A stretch of DNA of 64,000 nt from Octopus vulgaris (taxonomy: Eukaryota): the NCBI GenBank assembly GCA_951406725.2, contig OX597819.1, positions 103,044,001 to 103,108,000 on the forward strand, read 5' to 3'. The notes below the pieces were generated by a model. The model ran no database searches. It was not told the origin of the DNA and saw only the letters and a list, made by a program, of their open reading frames with translations. Shown one piece after another: positions 27,111 to 40,543 of the stretch; position 1 is the stretch's first letter; each line of letters begins with the position of its first letter. The position numbers were made by a program, and so were the translations under genes.

Positions 27111-27427
27111 AAATAAAAAAAAGAAAATTAAGCGAAATATGGCAAAAGTTTTGACTCAACACAATATATTGCAATTCACGTAGAATCATTCAAATGTGAA
27201 TGTCGTGTCGATCATTTTTTATTGGAAAGACGTCATTTCTCATACATAGATTTATTTGGATGCGCCAAGAGTTTGATGGGAAAAAAAACGCCAAGAAAGG
27301 GAACTCCACAGTGACTCATTAACCGTGATATTTTGGCAAAGGTCGCGACGTCACTCGTCTCAGAGATAACCTACTATTTGGGTTAGATAACAGCAACTTC
27401 TTGTTTGTGTATTTTTGTTTTCAGATT
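27111..27427 (+). repeat. ~320-bp direct duplication, copy 2
   Basis: Shares GCAAAAGTTTTGACTCAACACAATATATT, GGAACTCCACAGTGACTCATTAACCGTGATA and TTTTGTTTTCAGATT with copy 1. Confidence 0.9.
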
Positions 27428-27727
27428 AAGGAGCACTCCGTCGGTTACGATTATGAGGGTCCCAGCTGATACGATCTACCGATCCTAAAATTAATGTGCA
27501 AGTGGTTGAGCATTCCACAGATATGTGTACCCTTAACGCAGTTTTCAATGAGATTCAGGGTGACAAAGAGAGTGACAAGGCTGGCCCTTTAAAATAAAGG
27601 TGCAACTCATTTTTGCCTAGAGCAACGAGAAAATAGTGTCTTGCCCAAGGACACAACGCGTCACCGGGTATCGAACTCCCGACTATACGACCGTGAGCCG
27701 TATATTCCAACAACTAAACCACGCGCC
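27428..27727 (-). mobile_element. tRNA-derived SINE family C
   Basis: The minus-strand head GGCGCGTGGTTTAGTTG...GAGTTCGATACC and core GTTGTGTCCTTGGGCAAGACAC are present. The body is shared with 49015-49325 and 52795-53073. Confidence 0.85.
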
Positions 27728-27759
27728 TAACAATATATATACCTATGTACATGATCAAC

Positions 27760-27873
27760 ATGAAGATGATGTCAGTGATTTTGTGTTGATGATGGCGGTG
27801 GTGGTGGTGGTGGTACTGATGATGATGATGATGATAATGATAATGATGACGAAGACGATGACGATGATGATGT

Positions 27874-27946
<73 letters not shown>

Positions 27947-28055
27947 GGTGGTGGTGGTGATGATGATGGTGATGATGATAATGGCATTAATCTGGTTTTG
28001 ATTTATAACATTTTCATAATTGCTACTGTTGACGTTCTTATTTTACCGATACCAT

Positions 28056-28087
<32 letters not shown>

Positions 28088-28345
28088 TTCTTCTTCTTCT
28101 TCTTCTTCTTCTTCTTCTTCTTCTTCTTCTTCTTCTTCTTCTTCTTCTTCTTCTTCTTCTTCTTCTCCATGATTATCATCATCGTCATAATTATTATTGT
28201 TATTATTATTTTTATTATCATCATCATCATTATTATTGTTATTATTATTGTTGCTGTTGTTGTTGTTTTTGTTGTTGTTGGGTTGTTTTTGATATTGTTT
28301 TTGTTGTTGATATTGTTGTCATCGTCGTTGTTGATGTTGTTGTAA
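27760..28345. repeat. Compound (GAT/GGT)n, (CTT)n, (ATT/GTT)n microsatellites
   Basis: Direct reading. Confidence 0.9.
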
Positions 28346-29066
28346 CAATTGTTTACTTCCTAATTGGAGAAATTCACCAAAACCTGTTTGAGTCCAACCA
28401 TACATTTCGAAATAGATTTTTCTCTAATTTAAAACTGTTTTAGAATGGCGATTTATACGATGTTGTTTCACAGATTTTGACATTTCAAAGTTTTATTATA
28501 TAAGATAAAGAAAAAGCAACGCTGAACGTACAAAACAACTGAAACAAAGTATAAAAAACAATAAAGCAATAATATATAAAACTAAAAATACAAAACGAAA
28601 CAATAGACAAAATAAAATTATAAACACAACGATGTATTCATTGCCAGGGAATTCGTAATTGTTACTAGTAGTGTTTGATGGTAATAACGGATAGAAGAGG
28701 GTTGATAAATATATTGATGTATGTAACGGGTGTAGGAGTGGGTTGTATACTATCGAAAAATATGGGGTTTTAATGTAATAAACGTAGGACAAAGTTAAAT
28801 GGAGGCATTAAACAATGGCACTGTGATAGGTTTTTCATACTAATAGCAAATTTGACTACCTTCCGTCTTCCGCTATCTACGTTCGTATGCATATATGTAT
28901 AAATGCATACACACGCGTACGCACATTCACTTACACACAAGCACGCATATAAACACACGCACATACATATACAGATTCAGAGAGGTACGCAGAAACACAT
29001 ACACTGTATATGATTTTGCATGTGTACACTTACATATAGATTTATATACGTGTATATAAATGTATA

Positions 29067-29102
<36 letters not shown>

Positions 29103-29119
29103 GATGTATATATATATAG

Positions 29120-29150
<31 letters not shown>

Positions 29151-29206
29151 CATACACCCAAATATATATATACATATATATATATGTATGTATACATATA
29201 CATGCG

Positions 29207-29300
<94 letters not shown>

Positions 29301-29969
29301 TCACAATGTACTTTTATGGTTATGATGTCAGTGATATACATTCAAAAGCATAGGTACGTACATACACACATACATGTGTGTGTGTGTGTGTGTATGTGTG
29401 TGTGTTTGTGCGTGTGTGTGTGTGTGTGTGCAATTGTTTTTTCTAGTGTGTTATATACTTTTTGATGCAAGTATAGTTTTGAATATATATGTGAATGTGA
29501 ATATGTTAGAGTGTGTCCGATAGAGAATAATAAGGAGAGAAATCGAAAAAGAGAGTAAGAGAGCGTGAGACAAAAAGGGAGGTAGGGAGAGAGAGTTTAG
29601 GCAGGTGTGTGTGTGCGTATATATAATATTTACCGACATGTAGTAGAATGAAATTGGATGCAAAAGAGAGAGGAGAAATTGATTAAATGAACGAAAAAGA
29701 AAGATAGAGCGATAAAGGGCGGTTGGAAAAAGAGAGCGAAGAGGAGATAAAGAAGAAAGCGATTGAAGAAGAAGGTAATGGGAGGTGGGCAGTGGGGTTG
29801 GGGTGTGTTGAAATGAAGAACTGTGAAAAGAGAATTGAAGAGCCGTTTGAAATAAACAGCATTATCGTAATCTAATGAACATCGACATATTTTAATCGAC
29901 GTTGGCAAGAACTCTTGTATCGGCTCTGAAAGTTTTCAAAAAAGCGAAAACAATATTAAATGAGAATTC

Positions 29970-30570
29970 GGTGATGACGGTTAGGAGTGGTGGTGCTGGT
30001 AAGGGTGACGAAGAGCTGAGGTGAGGTGATAGTGGTGGTGGTGGTGGTGGCGGCGGTGATGGTAGTGGTGGTGTTGGTGGTGGTGGTGGTGGTGGTGGTG
30101 GCGGCGGCGGCGCAGGTAATGATGATGGTGACGGTGGTGATGTTGATGGTGTTGACGGTGGTACAGGTGATGATCATAGTGGCGGTGTTGATGGTGGTTG
30201 TGGTGAAGGTGTTGATGGTAAGTGTAGTGGTGATGGTGGTAGTGGCATATTGTGATTATAAGGGTGCTGGTGACGGTGACGGATAGCTGATGTAGTGATG
30301 TTGATGGTAATGGTGAAGCTGGTGATGGTGGCGGTGGTGATGTTGATGCTGGTAGTGCAGGTGATGGTAATGGCAGTGGAGGCAGTGTTGGCGGTGGTGG
30401 TAGTGGAGATAGTGATGGTGGTGTCCTGATGATTTGGTGCTGGTGGAGGATAGCTAAAGTATTGATGACAGTAGTGGTTACAGTGGTAGTGGTGCTGGTG
30501 GTGGTGATTGCGGTGGATGTTGTGTTGGCTACTGTATTAATGCCGGTAGTGATGGTGGATGCATTCATAA
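29970..30570. repeat. Degenerate (GGT/GAT)n low-complexity tract
   Basis: Direct reading. Confidence 0.85.
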
Positions 30571-30888
30571 GTAATGAGCTGAAGGTGGGGATGGTTGATT
30601 AGGGGGTAATAGACAAGGTCTTCGTCGCCATATCGGTAGGGGATATAGGCATAATCATCGATGCTTTTTGCGTTTGGTTATATCGTGAGGGTCATGACTG
30701 GTGGGTCATTGTTCATAGATTAGTTGCTGATAGCGGTGGTGGTGGTGATGCCCTAGGTATTGGCAGAGGATTTGTTGTTAGTGAACTTTGATGTGGTGAT
30801 GCTAGTGGTAGTCGTAGTCGTTGTGATGCCGGTGATCATGGTGCTGGTGTTCGAGGTGGTGGCATCATCATCATCATTATCATTATTG

Positions 30889-30977
<89 letters not shown>

Positions 30978-31431
30978 GAGTGAAAGAGCAGTGCATACCA
31001 TCAAAGTGACACTGGGGTGAAATATACGAAGCCCAGTATACCCATCATGACTACCCGTCTGATAAGGGTACACCAGGCACATACATCACAACCATATGTG
31101 CGCAAAAGGGTGATCTCATATCAAGATAAACAGCGCATGACCTTGCAGGTGAGGCCCAGTTAGAATTTTCTTCTGGTCCATCACGCTCAAAAGGTCCCTG
31201 AATAAGGATTGTTTAAGGATTTTGAACGAACCACCCATGTTTCCAAAGGTGGATTATCCAAACCGCCAAGAATTCCTTTCAACACACGGCTATGATGCTC
31301 CCCCACTACTTCTGCTCGTGGTCAGAGATGCACATATCGTCAGCCACTAAATGACATGGTCAACTGGTTAAGGTCAAACAACTGAGAAGCAAATCTGTGG
31401 AATTGAGCAGTATATTTGCTGTAGCCCATCT
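30978..31431 (-). mobile_element. Unclassified complex insert ending in an (AAT)n tail, probably the 3' part of a non-LTR element
   Basis: About 450 bp of complex sequence with sharp boundaries between (ATT)n tracts. No recognisable ORF. Confidence 0.5.
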
Positions 31432-31495
31432 TAATTATTACTATTATTATTGTTGTTGTTGTTGTCGTCGTTGTTGTTATTGTTGTTGTTAGTGT

Positions 31496-31620
31496 TGCTT
31501 TTGCACAGCTTCCAACGCTGGAGATGTACTACGGTGTCAGCTGTTAACTACCAGTGAACTAGGTTACACCTTATTTTTCGAGCACCTTCCAGAGTATTCG
31601 AGCTGTTCCAAGCAATGGCT
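31496..31620 (-). mobile_element. Extreme 3' end of an R4/Dong-type (RLE) LINE
   Basis: The minus strand translates as LLGTARILWKVLEK*, the conserved C-terminus (compare LLGIARIFRRAF* near 62400). A short UTR follows, and the piece is embedded in AAT/AAC repeats. Confidence 0.7.
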
Positions 31621-31621
31621 A

Positions 31622-31718
<97 letters not shown>

Positions 31719-32389
31719 ACGTTTTTACTGAAGTTATGGTTCCGCGTTGTTTATTCTATGTCGGTCATCATCAAGCAGGCCGAAACTCAAAGGCAGAAAA
31801 TCCTTGAATATTTTGTCATTTTGTTGGATAGCTAAAATTGTATTATCAAATATGCGTCCAAGGCAACTTTGGCTATTATCTCTTACACATCGAAGAACCA
31901 CGCAGAATTACCTCCGTTGATTTTCAATGATAAACATCCAACCGTCAGCATAAGACTCCATAGTTGACATTGGTAGTTATGGTTGTGGATGATGGTCATC
32001 TAGGGTGTAGAGTTGGTGGTATATGTAAGTGGAGCAAGCAGCGGTCAAAGTCTAAGGTGACGAAATGGAGTGGGGTAAATCAAAGGGTTAATAAAGGAAT
32101 TGAACGTGGAGAAAAAAAATAAACAGAGAAAATGTTAACAGGCTGGAGAATATTAAGACAAAAGGAATTGCGTACAATGAAGCAGTATGAATGGGGATAA
32201 GAGAGAGAGAAGGGGCAGGAAACTAATTTTTACTGTGGTGAGCGGAAATAAGGAAGGGTTAACCTGGGTAGTATTGAAGGGTGTGAAAGGAGAAGAATGA
32301 GCGATGTTAAGATGGTGGCCCTGGCATAGGCTAATGGTATTCATGGTGGTGATTATAGTGTGTAATGTAAAGCTGAAAGAGAAGACAGC

Positions 32390-32810
32390 GAAATGGTGGT
32401 TTTAGTGGTGGTGGTTGTGGTGGTGGTGGTGGCAACGACAACGACGACGACGATGATGATGATGATGATGATGATGACGACGACGATGATGATGACGACG
32501 ATGATGAGGATGATAATGATGACGACGACGATGATGATGACGACGTCGATGATGATGATGATGATTATGATGATGATTATGATGATGATGACGATGACGA
32601 TGATGATGATGATGAGGAGGATGACGATGACGATGACGATGATGATGATGAGGAGGAGGATAACGATGACGATGACGATGATGACGACGACGACGACGAC
32701 GATGACGATGATGTTGACCATGATGATGATGATGATAACGACGACGATGATGATGACGGCGACGGTGTCGGTGATGATGACGAGGACGATGATAATGATA
32801 AGAAAATTTC
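32390..32810. repeat. (GAT/GAC)n degenerate microsatellite
   Basis: Direct reading. Confidence 0.9.
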
Positions 32811-34559
32811 TTTTGAAGAAGTTTATGAAGGCGATGAACGAAGCGATGAAGCGACGAGAAGGTGGTGGTGGTGCAAGAGAGAAAGGAAGAAAGAGGAACA
32901 GGAGCGGTGGAGGACGATGAGGGAAGGAAGTCACTGACGATCTTGATGTGTTGAAGACAACGGTGGCGGCGATGGCCACAACGATGAGATGAAGAAATAC
33001 CGTATGGAACAACAGAAAGAAAGAAAGAAAGAAAGAGGGAAAGAAAGCAAAAAGGTTAAAGAAAAATGATGAAAAGAAATATACGACAATAAACGAAACG
33101 AAGTCTTGAATGAAGGAAACGTGGCAAAAACAAGCGATTTTAAAACGATTCGAAAGTGAAATGATAGTTTAATTAAATTAAAGATTTTAATTTTAATGGA
33201 TATAAATAAAATGAGACAGAGAGAATTGCAAAATGTTTTGTAGATTGTTATGTTGTTGAGGGCTGTATTAACTGTCGTAAATTGACAGCATGTACATTTA
33301 CAGCACAATATTGTAAAAGCGGTGTAACGTTTAAAAGATTATGGAACAAGAAGTGCTGTCGAAGTATGTGGGGCATGGAGTTCTAAACGGTGTGGTGTTG
33401 GTGTTTGTGTGTGTGTGTTTGGAGGGGAGGGTTGATTGTTGTGGTGGTTGTGTAGATACCGCTATGTTGGCAATATAGGCGGAGTGATGTTTAAGAAGTT
33501 ATGGTGGTAGTGGAAGTGGTGGTAAGGATGATGATGCCGGTGGTGGTAGTGTTGGTAGTGGTGGTGGTGGTGGTGGTGGTGATGGTAGTGGTGGTGGTGG
33601 TGGTGGTGATGATGATGATGATGATGCTGGTGGTGGTAATGGTGATGATGATGGTGACGGTGGTGTTAGTGATAGTGGTGGTGGTGGTGGAGGCGGCGAC
33701 GGTGGCGGTGATGGTGGTAGTGGTCGTCGTCGTTGTGTATTGCTGATAGTGGTGGTATTGGTTTGGAAGTTGTAGTGGTTGTGTAGGAGCATGAGGGCGG
33801 CGATGGGATATTTAAAAATTTTGGTGTAGTTTTGTGGATTTTAGTAAGTTACAGTGGTCGTTTAGATATTACAATTTTGGGAAGGTAGCAGTTTTTTTTA
33901 AAAAAGAGGTGGTGGTGGTGGTGGTGGTGGCGGTGAAGTTTAAGAAGCTGTGGTGCTTGCATAGAGATTTAGGGTGTAATTGTTGGCGGGAAGATATTCA
34001 AGAAAGTTGCGTGGTGGTGCTGTAGCCTTCTCGGAACTGTACTGGTTGTGTAGAGATTAAAATGTTGCTATGGTAACATATTAGTGTTTAAATGGTGTTG
34101 TGATGGTGGTGTTGTACAATTTAAATAGCGGTGTTGTTTGTAATGATGTGCACTGTTGTGACATTTTTGGTGTGGTGGCATTGAAAATACTGTTATGTAG
34201 ATGTGAGGTTCTGAAAGTTGTGATGGTCATACAAAGATGATATAGTCGACGACTAGTATTTATATCGTTGATGTCGTTAGGTAGAGTTTTGTGACTGGAT
34301 TTAGATGTGATTTTTAAATGGTTGTGATGGTGGCGTGGCGTTTTATGAACTTGTAGGGGTCGTGTAGAGTTTTAAATCTTGCAACGATTCGGTGTGGTGA
34401 TGAAAAATGTCGTGGCGTAGGTATAGAGACCTAAAAATTGTTTGACTGCATAGGGTTATGATGGTGGCGGCGCAGGGGCTTTAAAAGTTGCTGTGATAGT
34501 CCGAAGGTTGTAGTAGTAGCTACACATATACTTGTATGTGTGTGTGTATATGTATATGC

Positions 34560-34604
<45 letters not shown>

Positions 34605-34798
34605 CATATACATATATGTATGTATATATACATATATATGTATATATATATATATACATATATATACATATATATGCATATACACTCACTCCCCATTTTC
34701 CTATTTTCCATGGCATTGTTTACGTAGATGTAATAGCTTCCGAAGTATCGTAACTTACATAAATGTATGTAGTTATATATGTATGTATATATATATAA

Positions 34799-34865
<67 letters not shown>

Positions 34866-34899
34866 CATACATATACATATATGTATATGTATGTATATA

Positions 34900-34937
<38 letters not shown>

Positions 34938-35110
34938 CATATATAACTACATACATTTATGCATGTATGTATGTGTGTATATGTATGTATGTATGTATGT
35001 ATGTATATATGTATGTATAAGTGCATGCATACACTTATGTCCAGGCATGCATCCTTGGAAATACACATATTTATGAATATAATATAGACACACTCACACA
35101 CACACACATG

Positions 35111-35155
<45 letters not shown>

Positions 35156-35171
35156 ATGCATACATATAAAA

Positions 35172-35248
<77 letters not shown>

Positions 35249-36362
35249 AAGATAGAAGGATAGATAGATAGATATGCAATCACTTAAGAAATAGCTTTGA
35301 TGTCTACTAAACCTCGTTACAGACAATCATTGCTAATGACAACATGGCGACTAGATTTTATCGAAGCAGACGGACGGAAAAAATGTAAATGGCTATTGGT
35401 TTCAGTGAGCTGTGAATGAGTAGATTTATGAATATATAGGTAAATAGATGTATATAAACAGATAAATAGCTATCGACAGTAGTTGAAGGACAAAACAAAT
35501 TGCCTGAAAAATATGGCGTCGTTTCTACTTCAAACTGGTGACTTGCTCAGACAGAGAATATCATGTGTGGAATCGTTGGTGTTGTCGATAATCTCGCTGG
35601 TTAGAGTTGTAGTGCTCTCTTCTATGTAGTGTAACTGCTGTGTGCATGTGTATGCTTTGTATGTGTGTGTATATATGTGTGCGTGTTTGTGTGTATGTTT
35701 TAGTGTGCGTGTGTATGTGTGTGTGTTGTGTGTAGTGTGTATGTGGGTGTATACTCCGATTTTGTATTTGGTTTGCAAGATTTTTGATGTGAACTCGTAC
35801 GTTGAAACAAATCTTATGGTATCCTAGGAAGATCATTGAGCCAAATATAGTAACGATGAACACACACACTGGTTCAGTTTCTTCTTTATGGTTGATATTT
35901 TGCCTTTTTTTTTAAACCCTCTTTTTTGTTGTTGTTTTGGGTGGGATATTGGGTTTTCTTTTCCTTTTATACAAACTGTCAAATAGCGGCTGTAATGACA
36001 TTTCATCTCTTTTAAAAACGTTCTAGCTTGAACATTTTTGTAAGCAGGGAAACACGTGTAGGCCCCTGTCAATCATGGCCCACTGAACTCGACACGTTTT
36101 TTTTTTTTTCATTCTTTCTTTCTTTCCTTTTATTCCTTACTGTCAAAGAGCGTAAACTCAAAACTTAAAAGACTTGTCCATTTTTCCTGAGCATCAAACT
36201 AATACACTTGTTTGTTGTTCCTACAATTACTTTCGTCTTTGATTCTCTATTAATTTGAACTACATATGTGTATGTGTGTGTATGTATACATATATACACA
36301 CACATATATACATATATACATATAGATATATGTATTTATATATTCATATATGTATATATATG

Positions 36363-36464
<102 letters not shown>

Positions 36465-36663
36465 GGGTAAATAATTTCTATAAAGGTTTTTAAAAAAACC
36501 ACAATTATTTACTGGTAGAATTCGGTATGTAAATATAGCCGATTACCGGCAGGAACTTCTGTAAAGTTCAGTATACATATTGTATATAAGAAAAAGGGAC
36601 AGGCAACAGGTTGCTTGACCGCATACCGAAAAAATAGAAATAGCAGTCAAGAATGCTTATTTC

Positions 36664-36746
36664 TATCAAAGTGGGACTCCGGGCACAACAAACCCTGTAA
36701 TTCACATATGCAAAACAGAGGGTTTGTCGTGCCCGGAGTCCCACTT

Positions 36747-36751
<5 letters not shown>
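36664..36751. repeat. 33-bp-arm GC-rich hairpin
   Basis: TATCAAAGTGGGACTCCGGGCACAACAAACCCT pairs with AGGGTTTGTCGTGCCCGGAGTCCCACTTTGATA. There is one mismatch (G-U on the minus strand) and a 22-nt loop. Confidence 0.9.
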
Positions 36752-36816
<65 letters not shown>

Positions 36817-36880
36817 AAATACGAAAATAGAGATACATAAATTAATACGTATATTTATTAACTACAAAAATAAACATGAT

Positions 36881-36959
36881 CTCTAACAGCTTCGAGTCCT
36901 ACTTTAAAGATTATAATTGTAATTATCAATTCATTTTATAAAGCAGAATCTCGTCAGAG
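36881..36959 (-). ncRNA. Type I hammerhead relic with defective GAAAC
   Basis: Minus strand: CU-CUGACGA-GAUUCUGCUUUA...UAAAGUAGGACUC-GAA-GCUGUU-AG. It appears to lack ACA of GAAACAGCUGUU. Confidence 0.55.
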
Positions 36960-37277
36960 GCAAAAAAAGACATATACCAGTATATTATTAGTTGTTAAGT
37001 AAATGGAAATTTCCAGCAAACTGATTATTGTTATATGGATAAGTTTGGTATAATCCTATTAAGGGGGACATGGGGTGTATATTTAGTGGGAATGTAAATA
37101 TATATTAATATGCTCTCGATAATAGTTAGAAGGTGTAGAGATATATAATAAATATTAATTAACCATATATATATATAAGTATCATATTAATATTGGGGTA
37201 AATATCATTATAGTTTATTATTATAGAGATTAATAATAAGTAGTAGTTATTAATAGTCAAAATATGTATTCAATATG

Positions 37278-37316
<39 letters not shown>

Positions 37317-37835
37317 CTTTTAGTTTCAGCTGACGAGCCGCGGCCATGCTGGGGCACCGCCATTGAAAAATAAATGCGTGCTCACCAGGATTAAATATGT
37401 ATAATAAATTAATATAATATGTATAATATATTAAATATGTATAATTAATTAATATAATATGTATAATAGATTAAATATGCATAATATATATGTAAAAATC
37501 TAAGTAATCATATCCGGAAAAAATTACACAAAAGGACCTAAAAAATTACACAAAAAGAATTCGATAAAACATGATAATAAATAATTGTGGATTGTTAAAA
37601 AATGTATTAAAATACGTACGTATTTATGTGTATGCGCGCGAGCGTGTCCGTGTGTGTGTGCGTATTTATAACCAAAATGAGCCAAGACAATAGAGTTAAA
37701 TCAGAGTGGCCGATGGCAAATATCTGAACAACAAAAACATGAGGGTGTATTAGATATCTTAAAAGATTAATTTGATCCACTAAAATTGGTTCAGCTTTAA
37801 GAGACGGTAGCTTGGTGAAAATTTATACTAACTAT

Positions 37836-38011
37836 AGGCGTAGGAGTGGTTATGTGGTAAGTAGCTTGCTTACGAACCACATGGTTCCGGGTCAGTCCCA
37901 ATGTGTGGCACCTTGGACAAGTGTTTTCTACAATAGCCTTGGGCCAACCATAGCCTTGTGAGTGATTTTGGTAGACGGAAACTGAAGGAATCCCGTCGTA
38001 TATTTGTATGC

Positions 38012-38054
<43 letters not shown>

Positions 38055-38295
38055 TTTGTGTGTGTGTGTATGTGTGTGTATGTGTGTGTGTGTCTGTGTT
38101 TGTCGTCCAACATCGCTTGACAACCGATGCTGGTGTGTTTACGTTCCCGTAACCTAGCGGTTCGGCAAAATAGACCGTTAGTATAAGTACTAGGCTTACC
38201 AAGAATAAGTCCTGGGGTCGATTTGCTCGACTAAAGGCGGTGCTCCAGCATGGTCACAGTCAAATGATTGAAACAAATAAAAGAGTAAAAGAATA
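37836..38295 (+). mobile_element. SINE family A, full-length reference copy
   Basis: A-box TGGTTATGTGG, B-box-like GGGTCAGTCCC, core GGCACCTTGGACAAGTG, a (TG)n tract, and tail CGACTAAAGGCGGTGCTCCAGCATGG...GAAACAAATAAAAGAG. Confidence 0.92.
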
Positions 38296-38319
38296 ACTCG
38301 AATTTAGAGAGATAATCTC

Positions 38320-39390
38320 AAGAATCAAAATTCCTTCGAACTGACAAACCACTACGGAAAAGATAGTCTGATTGTCTGAAGACATAAGGACAGTAGTAGA
38401 CATCCTTTCTGTCTTTACGAGCGACATCAGCGCAATAACAGGTCATATCAAACTTTCTGCAGGCGAGGTACTTAGGCGGCATTCCTTCGATATAACTCGA
38501 CAACTTTTGATCGTTCGGTTCGGATATCCTCGGTATAACTCGACAATTCACTTCGGATATCTCCGTGATATCCGTGACAGCTGCTAAAATGAGAGGAGAA
38601 GAAAGCTAATGTGTTATGTGTGTGTGCCTGTTCTGTTTTTGTGTATTTCTAGGTTGTGGAATATAGATATAACGAAATTATGCAAACAATGTCTCATTTT
38701 AAACTTGAAGAAAAAAACTTTGCATATTTGTTCTTATCTTCTTCTTGTGTGTATGTAAAATCCGCAAATTTCCAAGCAGAAAACAGAATCGAAGTTTAAG
38801 ACTAGCGATGCATAAACTTCGTTTCTGTTTTCTGCTCGGAAATTTGCGGATTTTACATACACACATGAATCAGGTAAGAACAAACATGCAAGGCTTTCAA
38901 GTTTAAAATGAGACATTGCTGGCTTAATTTCGATATATCTATATTCCACAAGACAGAATTACTTTAAAATAGAACAGGCACAGACGCAGACAACAAGCAC
39001 ACATGTACATCCCATTAGCTTTCTTCCCCTCCTTCCATTTCAGCAACTGTCACGCCGCAAATGTCACGAAAATATCCGTAGTGAATTGTCGAATTGTCGC
39101 GGAAAGAGTCGAATTTTTGATTTGACGTTTTCGAGCTATATCGAAGGAACGCGACTTAGGCATACAGAAAAATATGTAGAATAAAAATAGCAACCAAAAA
39201 TATACACCCTAATGAAATAAAATTGCTCAAAATACTAAATTTGCTGTGCTGAATACGTTTATTTAGATAGAAACACGACTCCACGGCTGTCTTTTGTCTT
39301 CAGACAGACTGTCTTTTCTTTCATGGCATAAAAGTTTCGGAGAATTCCCGATTCCTCAAATCTGCTCGCTTTCGAAGAATTTGGAATTAG
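38320..39390. mobile_element. ~1.07-kb fold-back palindrome (foldback/MITE-like)
   Basis: The centre loop is 38799-38812. The inner arms 38468-38798 and 38813-39165 pair extensively. The outer blocks AAAAGATAGTCTG..TGTCTGAAGACA and TGTCTTCAGACAGACTGTCTTTT also pair. Confidence 0.85.
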
Positions 39391-40489
39391 TAGCAATTGT
39401 CACCAAGCGATATGCCTACCCTCTCTGGAAGTGGAGATAATTTCAATAAATCACGAATTTAGATTGTCTTCTTATAACATGCTATTACAGTATTACAGAA
39501 TCTTTAAATGAAGAAGGTAATATAAAAAACAAATAAGTTGTATAAGTAATGTTTTTATCTGCATAAAAATCCTTTTGTATCAGTAAAAATAACAATACAA
39601 TGACATTTGTAGTAATCACGTGGGGTAGATAAATAGCTAATGTACAATAAGCAGATGGTATAGATAACTTATGATGTTATTATAAGTGAGGATTAACTTT
39701 TGTTGGAAATTCATTAATGAGTGTTCGATTTTTGTTCGTCGTATAGTCTAGAAAACAAGGGGCTATTGTTTTCCTACTTCGTAAGTACGTTTTGTTAAGT
39801 ACTTAACTTCCTATTCACGAAGCTGTTTTATACACGGCCTTCGTTTACTTGCAGTAAAAAACCTGTAGTGACATCAATATTTGTGGAAGGATTGCTTTAT
39901 GCCATGTCTACGATGACAATTTTCTTGTTGATTTCCAATGGAATAAGAACATTTATGAGAGATGAATAGAAAATCTCTCGTTAAGTAGTGTTCTGATGAT
40001 TGTGGCTTTATGAGAGTGAACGTGCGTGTGTGATTATATATTTGATTGTTGTTTGTAGTTTTGTGTGTATGCATGTGCATGCTTGTGTGTGGTTGTTTCT
40101 TTTGTGTAATCTCAGTTTGATTTTTTTGTTTTTGTTTTTGTTTTTGTGAATAAATATAAAATGTAGGACATTTGTTTTATTGAGAAAGGCCTGATAAGTT
40201 AGTAATTACTATTTTCACATGCATGAACATAAAATGAAATGCACATGCACATACACATACACACATACACTCACACACGTGTGTATGTGTGTGTGTATGC
40301 GTGTGTGTGTTTATGTCTATATGCTGTTGTATATAGGCAGGGAAATAAACAGATAGATAGAGAGAGACAGACAGACAGACAGATAGATAGAGAGTGAGAG
40401 AAACAGAGAAAGCTATATAGATAGATAGATAGATAGAGAGGAATGAGAGACAGATAAACAGACAGACAGATTGAGAGATGGGTAGCTAG

Positions 40490-40543
<54 letters not shown>

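Noticed and set aside
29981-30568. Pro/His/Thr-rich ORF resembling extensin or mucin
   Set aside because: It is explained by degenerate (GGT/GAT)n, which is open in several frames.
36136-36172. CTGTCAAAGAG-CGTAAA-CTCAAAACTTA as a minimal hammerhead relic
   Set aside because: The spacing fits, but there are too many core substitutions to support a call from this copy alone.
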